Positions 19,019 to 29,600 of a DNA stretch of 64,000 nt are shown in pieces. How positions within the stretch are numbered: position 1 is the stretch's first letter; each line of letters begins with the position of its first letter. The DNA comes from Chitinophagaceae bacterium (GTDB lineage: Bacteria > Bacteroidota > Bacteroidia > Chitinophagales > Chitinophagaceae), in the NCBI GenBank assembly GCA_039811325.1, contig JBDHYH010000004.1, positions 2,636 to 66,635 on the forward strand, written 5' to 3'. The notes beneath the pieces were generated by a model that made no database searches, was not told the DNA's origin, and saw nothing but the letters and a program-made list of their open reading frames with translations. The position numbers and the translations under genes are program-made.

Positions 19019-21379
19019 GTGTTCAGAAATTATTTACAGACTACATTTAGAAACATTCGAAAGAAAATTACATTCAGCATCCTGAATATTACCGGCCTTG
19101 CCATAGGTATTGCCTGTGCCGGGTTGATCTTTTTATGGGTGAAGGATGAAATGACATTTGATGATTATTTCTCCAACAAAGCAAACCTCTACAAGATCAA
19201 GGATTATCAGACTTACGATGGGCAGACATTTACATTTGACTCCTCACCCGGTCCGCTTGCTGAAGCTATAAAGGAAGAAGTACCCGGAGTAAAGAACACT
19301 ACCAGGTGTAGTTGGCCTATTGACCTTCCATTCATGGTATCAGAAAAAGAAATCATGGAAAGAGGATTTTATGTTGATCCTTCCTTCCTGAAAATGTTTC
19401 AGCTGAAATTCCTGGAAGGAAATGCTCAAACTGCATTCAGGGAATTGAAGAGTGTCGTTGTAACGAAAGAATTGGCCGAAAAACTTTTTGGCAATGCACA
19501 CGTAGTTGGAAAGACGATTCGGATGGGTAACGATGAACCATTTATGATTTCCGGAGTAGTAGCTGACCTGCCGCAGAACGTAACGCTAAAGTTTGAGTGG
19601 CTGGCTCCTTTCAAAAATTTTGAAAATCAGAATTCATGGTTGACTGCATGGGGCAATAATGGTGTTATCACTTTTGTAGAAACATTGCCGGGAGCCAATA
19701 TTCAGGCAATCAATCATCAGCTTTATGATTTTTTGAAAACAAAAGGAGAACATCTCATTGCGAAATTTTCTATTTATCCCATGAGCCGCTGGCATCTTTA
19801 CGATCAGTTTGAAAATGGTAAGGAAGTAGAAGGCAGGATGAAATTCGTCAGGTTGTTTACAATAATTGCGTGGATCATACTGGTGATAGCTTGCATCAAT
19901 TTTATGAACCTCGCAACAGCACAATCAGAAAGAAGATCGCGCGAGGTGGGAGTAAGGAAAGTATTGGGTTCGGGCCGGTGGGAACTCATTGGTCAATTTA
20001 TGACCGAATCATTTTTGATGGCTTTCATTTCAACAGCAATTGCAGTCCTGCTCATTTTTGTTTTGCTACCCGCATTCAATACTTTGGTGGATAAAGCTCT
20101 CGTCCTGAATTTAAGCGACAGTTTTACCTGGATGGGGCTTCTTGGCATTATCCTGGTTTGTGGCTTCATAGCCGGTAGTTATCCGGCATTGTATCTTTCT
20201 TCTTTTAAGCCTGTAAAAGTGCTGAAAGTGAGCAGGTCAATAGGCAATGATGGCGCTTCATTGGTTCGCAAGGGTCTTGTCATACTTCAGTTTGCAATTT
20301 CAATCATCCTTATTATTTCCACAATCATTATATACCAACAAATCAACCACGCGAAGAACAGAGACCTGGGGTATAAAAAAGATAACCTTGTAGTAATTCC
20401 CCTTCATGGAAATATGAAAAGGAATTTTTCAACGATAAAGAATGAACTCATTGCCACTAATAATATTGAAAATGTATCTATGAGCCAGGATGCCATATTG
20501 AACTATGGAAGTAATACCGGTGATTTTACATGGCCGGGTAAAGATCCTTCCAAGCAAATTCTGATAACAATAGAATCAGTAACTCCGGAATTTATTCCGA
20601 CCGTGGGTTATAAGATGGCGAGTGGCAGAAATTTTTACCCGGATAAAAATTCTGACAGTACAAGCATCATTATCAACCAGACTCTTGCAAAAATGCTGAA
20701 CACAGCACATCCGGTGGGTTCGGTGATTACAGGTGGGGATAATGAGGCTTATACAGTAGTGGGGGTTGTAGATGATTTTATCTACAATAGCGTATATACA
20801 AGCCCATCTCCAATCATATTTTTTAATGACACGGCACAGGTTCATTACCTGGCGGTCAGGTTTAGACCTCAATCAGACTTGCAAAAAGCAGTAGCTTCAA
20901 TGGTCGCTGTGGTCAAAAGTCAAGCACCCGAATACCCGGTCGATTACAAATTTGTAGATGCAGAATTCGATAGACTCTTCAAAATGGAAACGTTGATCGG
21001 AAAACTTGCAGCATTATTTGCCGGTCTTGCGATTGTTATTTCCTGCCTGGGATTATTTGGACTTTCGGCTTATACAGCAGAAAGAAGGACCAGAGAGATC
21101 GGCATTAGGAAGGTGCTGGGTGCAGGAGTGGCACGGTTGGTAGCTTTGCTTTCTTCAGACTTTTTGAAGTTGGTTGCCATTTCATGTGTCATTGCATTTC
21201 CTGTTGCCTGGTGGGCTATGAACTCCTGGCTCGAAAATTTTGCCTACCGTGTGAGCATCAGTTGGAAAGTGTTTGCATTGTCTGCTTTGATCGCGATCAT
21301 CATTGCATTATTGACAGTGAGTTATCAATCTATTAAGGCAGCGATGGTGAATCCTGTAAGGAGTATTAAGAATGAATAA
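19019..21379 (+). CDS. ABC transporter permease, duplicated MacB/FtsX type
   Basis: Two MacB-PCD/FtsX halves: IACINFMNLATA...REVGVRKVLG and ISCLGLFGL...RTREIGIRKVLGA; ends NPVRSIKNE. Confidence 0.95.
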   Translation: MFRNYLQTTFRNIRKKITFSILNITGLAIGIACAGLIFLWVKDEMTFDDYFSNKANLYKIKDYQTYDGQTFTFDSSPGPLAEAIKEEVPGVKNTTRCSWPIDLPFMVSEKEIMERGFYVDPSFLKMFQLKFLEGNAQTAFRELKSVVVTKELAEKLFGNAHVVGKTIRMGNDEPFMISGVVADLPQNVTLKFEWLAPFKNFENQNSWLTAWGNNGVITFVETLPGANIQAINHQLYDFLKTKGEHLIAKFSIYPMSRWHLYDQFENGKEVEGRMKFVRLFTIIAWIILVIACINFMNLATAQSERRSREVGVRKVLGSGRWELIGQFMTESFLMAFISTAIAVLLIFVLLPAFNTLVDKALVLNLSDSFTWMGLLGIILVCGFIAGSYPALYLSSFKPVKVLKVSRSIGNDGASLVRKGLVILQFAISIILIISTIIIYQQINHAKNRDLGYKKDNLVVIPLHGNMKRNFSTIKNELIATNNIENVSMSQDAILNYGSNTGDFTWPGKDPSKQILITIESVTPEFIPTVGYKMASGRNFYPDKNSDSTSIIINQTLAKMLNTAHPVGSVITGGDNEAYTVVGVVDDFIYNSVYTSPSPIIFFNDTAQVHYLAVRFRPQSDLQKAVASMVAVVKSQAPEYPVDYKFVDAEFDRLFKMETLIGKLAALFAGLAIVISCLGLFGLSAYTAERRTREIGIRKVLGAGVARLVALLSSDFLKLVAISCVIAFPVAWWAMNSWLENFAYRVSISWKVFALSALIAIIIALLTVSYQSIKAAMVNPVRSIKNE

Positions 21380-21428
21380 TGACTGATCACACTTATAATT
21401 TTCAAGGTTGCCTTCCGGATTTTCCCAA

Positions 21429-21482
21429 GTGGGTGGAGACACCCGCCTGTAGCAGGTACTTCAGGTTGGTGTCCCCACCTAC
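21429..21482. repeat. REP-like inverted repeat (GGTG.GACACC type)
   Basis: GTGGGTGGAGACACCCGCCTG pairs with CAGGTTGGTGTCCCCACCTAC; each arm is itself palindromic. Confidence 0.7.
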
Positions 21483-21604
21483 CTGTAATTTTGCTAGAAG
21501 CGAAATCCGATTGTTATTGGATTTAGGCTGCGCCCAATTTTAATACTCATCTTTTGATTATAAATTGAAAGAGCTAATTTTATCGGCTTAAAACAACCAA
21601 AGCA

Positions 21605-22351
21605 ATGTTCATCGCCGATAAGTGGAGGCATTACAGCAAACTGCAAAGACGTTATGGATGGAAGGCAATTGCCTTTCTGACATGGAGGAAACTCACCGGG
21701 AATAAGAATCATGAAATCAAGCTGAAGGGAATCCCTCATCCGGTTACACTCAGTAATTTATTGGTGGATGTATATACCATGCTGCAAATTTTTTATGGGA
21801 AAGAGTATGATATAAATTTAGATGCTGAACCTAAATATATCATCGATTGTGGAGCAAATATTGGCCTCGCATCAGTGTATTTTGCGAACAAGTATCCCGG
21901 TGCAAAAATTATTGCTGTAGAACCTGACAGTCAAAATTTTTCCTACCTCAGGAAAAATGTAAGCCCTTACCCGAATGTGCATTGCCTGCAAAAGGCAATT
22001 TGGTCCAGGCCAACTTTAATGGAGGTAGTGGATCCGGGGAGAGGCAATTGGGGATACCAGACGAAGGAAGTGGAAGTAAGTGATCACAGCGTTGAAGGGA
22101 TTACGATTGATCAGATAATGGAACAGCATTCAATTCCGGATATTGATTTTCTCAAAATCGATATTGAAGGTGCTGAGAAGGAATTGTTTCAGCATCACTA
22201 TGAAAACTGGATTACGAAAGCTAAAGTCATTGCAGTAGAATTGCATGATTTTTTTGATCCTACTATTTCTCCGGTATTCAATGAAACAATTTCGAAGTAC
22301 AATTTTGAAATCACACAACTGGGTGAAAACACTGTGTGCAGACGTCGATAG
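21605..22351 (+). CDS. FkbM family methyltransferase
   Basis: IIDCGANIG, AVEP, FLKIDIEGAE, VELHD. Confidence 0.92.
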   Translation: MFIADKWRHYSKLQRRYGWKAIAFLTWRKLTGNKNHEIKLKGIPHPVTLSNLLVDVYTMLQIFYGKEYDINLDAEPKYIIDCGANIGLASVYFANKYPGAKIIAVEPDSQNFSYLRKNVSPYPNVHCLQKAIWSRPTLMEVVDPGRGNWGYQTKEVEVSDHSVEGITIDQIMEQHSIPDIDFLKIDIEGAEKELFQHHYENWITKAKVIAVELHDFFDPTISPVFNETISKYNFEITQLGENTVCRRR

Positions 22352-22409
22352 TTTCCCGGCTAATACAATTTGGAAAGTGATTTGAAGCAATCCCCTTTAC
22401 CTTTGCCAA

Positions 22410-24245
22410 ATGCGTCCGCTGCGATCACTCAATAAATATTTCTGGAAATACAAATGGCTGCTTTTCTGGGGCTTTATTTTTACAATAGCCTCTAACTACT
22501 TTAAGATACTGGCACCACAGGTTACAAAGTATGTGCTGAACATTGTTGAACAGAGTCTTGGTAGTATTAACCCCGCGGCACATTCAGCTACGCACTATGA
22601 TCCTTTAATCAGAAAATTCATCAGCATTCTGAATGTTGACAATGCATCATATAGTACCAGGGTATTGTATTGTGGTGTCATCCTGCTTTCTCTTGCCGTC
22701 ATCAGCGGATTATTTTTATTTCTGATGCGGCAAACCATTATTGTTATGAGCCGGCATATAGAATTTGATCAGAAGAATGAAATCTTCAGGCATTACCAAA
22801 AGTTAGACAGCCAGTTTTATAAGACGCACAACACAGGCGACCTGATGAACAGGATATCTGAAGATGTAAGTCGTGTACGCATGTATGTTGGGCCCGCCAT
22901 GATGTATATGGCAAACCTTGCCGCAACGATTGGGTTTTCACTCACCTATATGTTCAATGAAAACAAGTCGCTCACATTGTATGTCCTTGCCCCGCTTCCC
23001 TTGCTGGCGATCACCATTTACTATGTCAACATGATCATCAACAGGAAAGCAGATAAGATTCAGAGGCTGCTCTCTGACCTCACTACCAATGCGCAGGAAT
23101 CTTATAGCGGTATTCGTGTCATCAAATCTTATGTACAGGAAAAGGCGATGTTGGGATTTTTTAAAAAGAATAGCGAAGATTATAGGGAAAATGCGGTAAG
23201 CCTGGCAAAGACTGAAGCAATTTATTTTCCATCGATGGGCTTATTGATAGGCATCAGTACTTTGTTGTCCATCATGATTGGCGGTTTTTATGTTATCAAT
23301 GGAAGTATCAATGTAGGAGTGATTGGTGAATTTGTAATGTACATTTTGATATTGACGTTTCCGGTTAGCGCTATAGGGTGGACGGCCAGTATGATTCAGC
23401 GTGCAGCAACATCTCAGAGGCGCATCAATGAATTCCTTAACTATGAGCCTCCGATTCATAATCAAGATGGAGCAAAGAGATGGAAACTGGAAGGGAATAT
23501 TTCGTTTAAAAATATCGATTTTGTCTATCCGCATACAGGCATCCACGCATTGAAAAATTTCAATCTTGATGTGAAGGCCGGTGAAAAAATTGCAATTATT
23601 GGGAAGACGGGATCAGGGAAATCGACGATTGCTCAATTGATGTTGCGCATGTACGATTCTCAAAATGGAGAAGTTTTGTTTGACGGAATCCCTGCAAGGG
23701 AATTTGAAATTGAAAATTTACGGTCACAGATCGGATATGTACCTCAGGATGTTTTTCTTTTCAGCGATAGTGTGAGCAATAATATTTCATTTGGAATGTC
23801 ACATGCGGAACCGGAATTGGTCAGGCGAGCGGCTAAACATGCAGCAATTCACAATGAGATTGTGAGTTTTTCCCATAAGTATGACACGATGGTAGGAGAG
23901 CGGGGTGTGACCTTGAGTGGTGGTCAGAAGCAAAGGATTTCGATAGCGAGAGCTCTCATTGGTGAACACCAGGTGGTTGTTTTTGATGATTGTTTAAGTG
24001 CAGTAGATGCCAGGACAGAAAATGAAGTGATTGGAAATCTTTACAACTACCTTGAAGACAAAACGGCAATTATTATCACTCACCGAATTTTTTCTCTTTT
24101 CAATTTTGATAAGATAGTTGTTCTCAGGGACGGCCATATTGCCGAAGTGGGAACTCACCAAAGTCTAATGGAAGAAAATGGATTGTATGCCCATATGTTC
24201 AGGCAACAACAGCAGGAGGAGCGCGAACAAAATGATATTAAGTAA
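22410..24245 (+). CDS. ABC exporter, fused permease/ATP-binding (MdlA/YheI-like)
   Basis: TM domain with TGDLMNR; GKTGSGKST; VGERGVTLSGGQKQRISIARA; DDCLSAVD; ITHR. Confidence 0.93.
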   Translation: MRPLRSLNKYFWKYKWLLFWGFIFTIASNYFKILAPQVTKYVLNIVEQSLGSINPAAHSATHYDPLIRKFISILNVDNASYSTRVLYCGVILLSLAVISGLFLFLMRQTIIVMSRHIEFDQKNEIFRHYQKLDSQFYKTHNTGDLMNRISEDVSRVRMYVGPAMMYMANLAATIGFSLTYMFNENKSLTLYVLAPLPLLAITIYYVNMIINRKADKIQRLLSDLTTNAQESYSGIRVIKSYVQEKAMLGFFKKNSEDYRENAVSLAKTEAIYFPSMGLLIGISTLLSIMIGGFYVINGSINVGVIGEFVMYILILTFPVSAIGWTASMIQRAATSQRRINEFLNYEPPIHNQDGAKRWKLEGNISFKNIDFVYPHTGIHALKNFNLDVKAGEKIAIIGKTGSGKSTIAQLMLRMYDSQNGEVLFDGIPAREFEIENLRSQIGYVPQDVFLFSDSVSNNISFGMSHAEPELVRRAAKHAAIHNEIVSFSHKYDTMVGERGVTLSGGQKQRISIARALIGEHQVVVFDDCLSAVDARTENEVIGNLYNYLEDKTAIIITHRIFSLFNFDKIVVLRDGHIAEVGTHQSLMEENGLYAHMFRQQQQEEREQNDIK

Positions 24246-24557
24246 TCTCTGACTTCAGTTGCAGACAGTAACTTGTCAATGTATCTTTCGTTAAGGTGCA
24301 ACGTTTCTGAAATTTCTGAACATTCAATAGGATAAGTTTGTAGTCGCTTTTTACCTGCCGACTTCCATCAAAGTGAGCGGGCTAATAATTGTCTTACAAT
24401 TGTCACATTCATCTGGATAATGGGATAGGCCTGGCCTCCAATTGGTGCCTTGAAAATCTTGGCAGATCAATACTTTCAAATATTTTGTCAATCCAAAAAC
24501 AGTTTTATCTTTGTCCATAGCAAAAAAAATATTCTAATAAACAAAAAACAAAAAACA

Positions 24558-25034
24558 GTGGCGTACGAAAACAACGACAAGAAAGCGGACAGTGTTTATA
24601 GCCAGCGGGTGCGTGCAGGAAAAAGAAGAACTTATTTTTTTGATGTGCGTGAGACCAGAGGCAATGATTATTACCTCACTATTACGGAGAGCCGCAAAAA
24701 ATTTAATGAGGATGGTTATGATCGTCACAAAATATTTTTGTACAAGGAAGATTTTAATAAATTTTTGAAAGGGATTACTGAGGCCATTGATTATGTGAAG
24801 ACAGAATTAATGCCTGATTTTGATTTTGATGTATTCAGTCATGAAAATGACGATTACCAACCTCGTGTTGAAAAATCTAATAACGAATCAGACCCTCCTG
24901 CGAGCATTGCTGCAGAGGAATCACCAGAGGTATATACCGAGAAGGAGGGTGAGAAGGAATCGGCAAATGATGTTGCTCCTACTGAAAGTAATATTGATTC
25001 ATCACACAAAGATGAACACGTAGATAAGTGGTGA
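24558..25034 (+). CDS. PUR-family DNA/RNA-binding protein (DUF3276) with acidic tail
   Basis: VRAGKRRTYFFDV...DYYLTITESRK...RHKIFLYKEDF; GTG start at 24558 after A-rich tract. Confidence 0.88.
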   Translation: MAYENNDKKADSVYSQRVRAGKRRTYFFDVRETRGNDYYLTITESRKKFNEDGYDRHKIFLYKEDFNKFLKGITEAIDYVKTELMPDFDFDVFSHENDDYQPRVEKSNNESDPPASIAAEESPEVYTEKEGEKESANDVAPTESNIDSSHKDEHVDKW

Positions 25035-25056
25035 TCTTAATAAAGTAAATGGAACG

Positions 25057-25090
25057 AAACCTCTGGATGTATTTCAGAGGTTTTGTTTTT
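25057..25090. terminator. Probable bidirectional terminator
   Basis: AAACCTCTG-loop-CAGAGGTTTT between convergent genes. Confidence 0.75.
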
Positions 25091-25447
25091 TTAATCCGTG
25101 GATAGCTTCCTGATTATCGGCTCCCGCAAGCCATTTGGAATAGGCACAGGTTTGTAATGTGAAAAATCAAGACCACTCACAACAGGCATATTGGCTGTGA
25201 TTGTGGAAGCGACACAAGGCATATTGTCAAGTGGTAAAATGATGATCTTATCAATTTTAGGATTTGGATTGATGGTAAGCGGAGAACGAGGTTGTGAATT
25301 CAGAAACGGAAGCGGATTATCTGGTTGTATGTACACTGGTGGCAATTGAAATGATTTGATTGTCCCTTTAAAGAAAGTTGGCTTCTGTTGAGCAAATAGG
25401 GCAGAGGAGAAAGCGATACTCAAAATCAGAAAGTAATATTTTTTCAT
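25091..25447 (-). CDS. Hypothetical secreted Pro-rich protein
   Basis: Signal peptide MKKYYFLILSIAFSSALFA; DNMPC and NMPV motifs. Confidence 0.7.
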   Translation of the reverse strand: MKKYYFLILSIAFSSALFAQQKPTFFKGTIKSFQLPPVYIQPDNPLPFLNSQPRSPLTINPNPKIDKIIILPLDNMPCVASTITANMPVVSGLDFSHYKPVPIPNGLREPIIRKLSTD

Positions 25448-25607
25448 AATACATGATTTTGTAATCCAATTTACAGAAATAAATTCGGACTCATTTACTT
25501 GAAATAAAATGAGCTGAATTCAAATCCGATTATTGTCCGATGTCGCAAAACTTTGCAGCCTTATGAAATGTCGCGATATATTTAGGTGCCAAAAAAAATC
25601 GCCTAAT

Positions 25608-27242
25608 CTATTTATTGAATACCGTCTTCTTGTACATGTTGATCAATCCATTGGTGGAAGAATCATGATTGGATACCGGAGTCTTATTTTCTAATTCAGG
25701 CAAAATTTTCTTTGCAAGCACTTTTCCTAACTCCACACCAAACTGATCGAAACTGTAAATATTCCAGATGACACCCTGTACGAAAATTTTATGTTCATAC
25801 AGTGCGATCAATGATCCTAAAGTGAATGGTGTAATCCTGGTAAGAAGAATTGAGTTCGTTGGTTTGTTGCCTTCAAATTCTTTGAAAGGAATTAATTCGT
25901 CCGGTACGTTTTCTTCCTTCAATTCTTCTTTTGATTTTCCATTCATCAATGCTTCTGTCTGAGCAAAGAAATTGCTCAATAATATTTTGTGATGATCACC
26001 GATAGGATTGTGGCTGAAAATGGGAGCGATAAAATCGCAGGGAATCAGTTCTGTTCCCTGGTGGATCAATTGATAGAAAGCATGCTGTCCATTGGTGCCC
26101 GGCTCGCCCCAAATCACAGGTCCGGTGCTGTAGGTAACCCTCTTTCCGTTTCTGTCAACATGTTTTCCGTTGCTCTCCATATTGCCTTGTTGAAAGTAAG
26201 CCGGGAATCTGTGCAGATATTGATCATAAGGCAAGATGGCTTCAGACTGAGCACCGAAAAAATTAATATACCATGTACTGATCAGCGCCAACAACACAGG
26301 AATGTTTTTTTCGAACTTTGTTTTGCGAAAATGATTATCTGTTTCATGCGCACCCTTTAGCAATTCTTCGAAATTATTGTATCCGATAGTGAGTGCAATC
26401 GAAAGGCCGATAGCACTCCACAAACTATATCGGCCGCCCACCCAATCCCAGAAAACAAACATATTTTCTTTGTCGATTCCAAAATCTTCTACACCTCTTT
26501 CATTAGTACTAAGTGCTACAAAATGTTTAGCAATAGTCTTTTTGTCTTTAGAATATTTTAGAAACCAATTTCTTGCCGTGTGCGCATTGGTCATGGTTTC
26601 CTGGGTAGTAAATGTTTTGGATGCGATGAGGAAGAGCGTTTCTTCTGCATTAACTTTTTTGAGTGCCTCGGCAATGTCTGTTCCGTCCACATTACTTACA
26701 AAGAAGGGTTGAATGTCCTTCTTCCAATAAGGTCTTAGAGCTTCAGTGACCATCTTAGGACCGAGGTCGCTGCCACCAATTCCAATATTTACGATGTATC
26801 TTATTTTTTTTCCGGTATAACCTTTCCACTTGCCGGAATGAATTTTTTCACAAAATGATTTCATGTGTGACCACTCCTTCATCACCCCAGGCATCACATT
26901 CTTGCCTTCAGAATAAACCGGTTTGCCTGAAAAATTTCTCAGTGCGGTGTGCAATACAGACCTGCCTTCTGTCTGGTTAATCATTTCGCCGGAAAACATT
27001 GCTTTGATGGCTGTTTGTAATTCACATTCATCAGCAAGTTCAAATAGTAATTTTAGTGTACTGTCAGTAATTATATTTTTTGAAAAATCACAAGTGATAT
27101 CAGGCATCGAGACACAGTATTTCTTAAACCTCTGCGAGTCCTCTTTGAAAAGGTCTTTGATTTTTGCTGATTTTATTACTCTTTGATGTTCAGAGAGCTT
27201 TTTCCATGCTGATGTTTTTGTTGGGTTGATTTTTGGAAACAT
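25608..27242 (-). CDS. pgi: Glucose-6-phosphate isomerase
   Basis: [68 protein letters not shown]. Confidence 0.99.
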   Translation of the reverse strand: MFPKINPTKTSAWKKLSEHQRVIKSAKIKDLFKEDSQRFKKYCVSMPDITCDFSKNIITDSTLKLLFELADECELQTAIKAMFSGEMINQTEGRSVLHTALRNFSGKPVYSEGKNVMPGVMKEWSHMKSFCEKIHSGKWKGYTGKKIRYIVNIGIGGSDLGPKMVTEALRPYWKKDIQPFFVSNVDGTDIAEALKKVNAEETLFLIASKTFTTQETMTNAHTARNWFLKYSKDKKTIAKHFVALSTNERGVEDFGIDKENMFVFWDWVGGRYSLWSAIGLSIALTIGYNNFEELLKGAHETDNHFRKTKFEKNIPVLLALISTWYINFFGAQSEAILPYDQYLHRFPAYFQQGNMESNGKHVDRNGKRVTYSTGPVIWGEPGTNGQHAFYQLIHQGTELIPCDFIAPIFSHNPIGDHHKILLSNFFAQTEALMNGKSKEELKEENVPDELIPFKEFEGNKPTNSILLTRITPFTLGSLIALYEHKIFVQGVIWNIYSFDQFGVELGKVLAKKILPELENKTPVSNHDSSTNGLINMYKKTVFNK

Positions 27243-27297
27243 AATTATTGCTATATCTTAAGTGTTATCAAATTTACAACTACTATTCTGTTTTGTA

Positions 27298-28311
27298 TTA
27301 CAGTTGATGCAGAGCATCGATGGTTTGATGCACCATTTCGTCTGAAATGTCGAGATGGAGCACCAATCGTATTTGCGAACTGGAGATTGGGATTACCAAT
27401 ATACCTCTTTTTTTCAATTCTGAAGTTAGGGATTCCGCTGTGTAGTTTTCCTTCACTTCAAAGATGATGATGTTGGTTTCTACGGGAAGCATCTTTCCGG
27501 TAAATGGTTTTTTCAGCAATTCATCAGCAATCTTCTTTGCATTAGAATGATCCTCTTTGAGCCTGGCTACATTATTTCGAAGGGCATACAATCCTCCGGC
27601 AGCTATAATGCCTGCCTGTCGCATTCCACCACCAAACACTTTACGTACTCTTCTTGCCTCACGGATGAATTCATTAGAACCCAATAGCAGGCTTCCCACT
27701 GGTGCACCCAATCCTTTGCTTAGACAAATACTGATGCTGTCAAATATGTCTCCATAATCTTTAGGGCTCTCATTTTTTTCAACCAGGGCATTAAAGAGTC
27801 GTGCTCCATCGAGATGAAGACTCAATCGATTTTGATTGCAAAGTTCCCGGATGTAAGTGATCTGTTCCCAATCATAGCAACTGCCTCCACCACGATTAGA
27901 AGTGTTTTCCAGGCTTACCAGCCGCGACCTGCCGCGATGTACATCATCGGGATTAATGGCCGTTGCAACCTGGTCTGCTGTTATCCTGCCTCTATCTCCT
28001 GAGAGTGGCCTTACCTGGCATCCGGAATTAAAAGCAATCCCTGCCCCTTCATACACATATACATGACTATTCACATCGCAAATAATCTCATCGCCAGGTC
28101 TGGTGTGTACTTTGATGGCAATTTGGTTGGTCATGGTGCCGCTGGCGCAAAAGAGTGCTGCTTCTGTTCCGAACATGTCAGCCGCCGAGGCTTCCAGTTC
28201 ATTGACAGTGGGGTCTTCGCCAAAAACATCATCACCGACTGGGGCGCTCGTCATGGCATTTAACATGGCCTGTCCCGGCCGGGTTACGGTATCTGATCTG
28301 AAATCTATCAT
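27298..28311 (-). CDS. ltaE: Low-specificity L-threonine aldolase
   Basis: DFRSDTVT, GDDVFGEDPTV, SLENT, HLDGARLFNA, CLSKGLGAPVGS, GGGMRQAG. Confidence 0.95.
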   Translation of the reverse strand: MIDFRSDTVTRPGQAMLNAMTSAPVGDDVFGEDPTVNELEASAADMFGTEAALFCASGTMTNQIAIKVHTRPGDEIICDVNSHVYVYEGAGIAFNSGCQVRPLSGDRGRITADQVATAINPDDVHRGRSRLVSLENTSNRGGGSCYDWEQITYIRELCNQNRLSLHLDGARLFNALVEKNESPKDYGDIFDSISICLSKGLGAPVGSLLLGSNEFIREARRVRKVFGGGMRQAGIIAAGGLYALRNNVARLKEDHSNAKKIADELLKKPFTGKMLPVETNIIIFEVKENYTAESLTSELKKRGILVIPISSSQIRLVLHLDISDEMVHQTIDALHQL

Positions 28312-28639
28312 GGGTTAAAGATAATTTTTTTGAATGCTTTACCTGTATCTTCTTTTCTTCCTTTAAAGTTTGATGGCTACGGATTGAGCATGAAAACCAC
28401 AGCAGTCCTGTATTTCCCAATTAATGAAAACACTTTGATCGGGAATTTTTGGCGGAGGAGCCAGGGTGCTCTTGCGAATTATTAGCTAATTTGTTGCTAA
28501 AAAGCTATGAAATGTTATCCTTACACATTACCTTTGCAAATGTTTGAAAGAATACTGCGATTTAGCAAATCTTTTGCAACAATATCCCATCCATTTTTAT
28601 CCTTTATTGTACAATAGAAATTAATAACAGCACACTTAT

Positions 28640-29497
28640 ATGAGGCAACTTAAAATTGCTACACAGATTACGAATCGGGATTCGCAGGCAGTTGAAAAGT
28701 ATCTGCAGGAAATCTCGAAGATCGGAATGATCACTCCTGAGGAAGAAACTATTCTTGCGCAAAAAATTAAAATGGGAGACCAGAGAGCTCTCGAAAGGCT
28801 TACTACAGCCAACTTGCGTTTTGTGGTTTCGGTTGCTAAGCAATACCAGCATCAGGGTCTGTCATTGAGCGATCTGATCAATGAGGGGAACCTCGGGTTG
28901 ATCAAAGCAGCACAACGCTTTGATGAAACGAAAGGTTTTAAATTTATTTCTTACGCTGTATGGTGGATTCGCCAATCTATCCTTCAGGCGTTGGCAGAGC
29001 AGGGCAGATTAGTCCGCCTTCCTCAAAACAAGATTGGAACTTACAACAAGGCGAACAAGGCTTATATGGCTTTTGAACAGGAGCATGAAAGAGAACCTTC
29101 TACAGAAGAGCTTTCTGAAATGCTGGAGATGAGCGAAACAGAAATCAACAACATTTTCCAAAGTAACACGCGACATACTTCATTGGATGCCCCGGTACAC
29201 GAAGCTGAAGATGTGGCAATGGGCGATCTTTTGAAAGGCTCTGGAGAAACTGATGAAGATGTAATGCATGATTCATTGAAGAATGAAATCCGTCGCGTTT
29301 TGAAGTCATTGAGTCCACGTGAGGCTGAGATAGTGAATGCTTACTTCGGGCTTGATGGTGAAAATGGTGTTACTATCGAACAGATCGGCCAGAAGTATGA
29401 TTTGACAAAAGAACGCATTCGCCAGATCAAAGAAAGAGCAATCAAACGCCTTCAGAAAGCACGCTACAGCAGTGCACTGAAAGCATATCTCGGATAA
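28640..29497 (+). CDS. rpoD: RNA polymerase sigma70 factor, RpoD/SigA family (Bacteroidota short form)
   Basis: MRQLKI start, ANLRFVVSVAKQY, DLINEGNLGL, FISYAVWWIRQ, TKERIRQI; could be a paralog of the primary sigma. Confidence 0.85.
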   Translation: MRQLKIATQITNRDSQAVEKYLQEISKIGMITPEEETILAQKIKMGDQRALERLTTANLRFVVSVAKQYQHQGLSLSDLINEGNLGLIKAAQRFDETKGFKFISYAVWWIRQSILQALAEQGRLVRLPQNKIGTYNKANKAYMAFEQEHEREPSTEELSEMLEMSETEINNIFQSNTRHTSLDAPVHEAEDVAMGDLLKGSGETDEDVMHDSLKNEIRRVLKSLSPREAEIVNAYFGLDGENGVTIEQIGQKYDLTKERIRQIKERAIKRLQKARYSSALKAYLG

Positions 29498-29518
29498 GAA
29501 ATTGAGATTATCAATCAT

Positions 29519-29553
29519 TAACCCTTCGGATGTTATCCGAAGGGTTATTTTAT
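29519..29553 (+). terminator. Intrinsic terminator after sigma factor gene
   Basis: TAACCCTTCGGAT-GTT-ATCCGAAGGGTTA then T-rich. Confidence 0.85.
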
Positions 29554-29600
29554 TTCTGCCTGTAAGTCGGTAAAAGGATCTGGCCTTTCGAAGATCATCA

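Noticed and set aside
28640-29497. Short sigma70 lacking region 1.1
   Set aside because: Normal for Bacteroidota; not novel.
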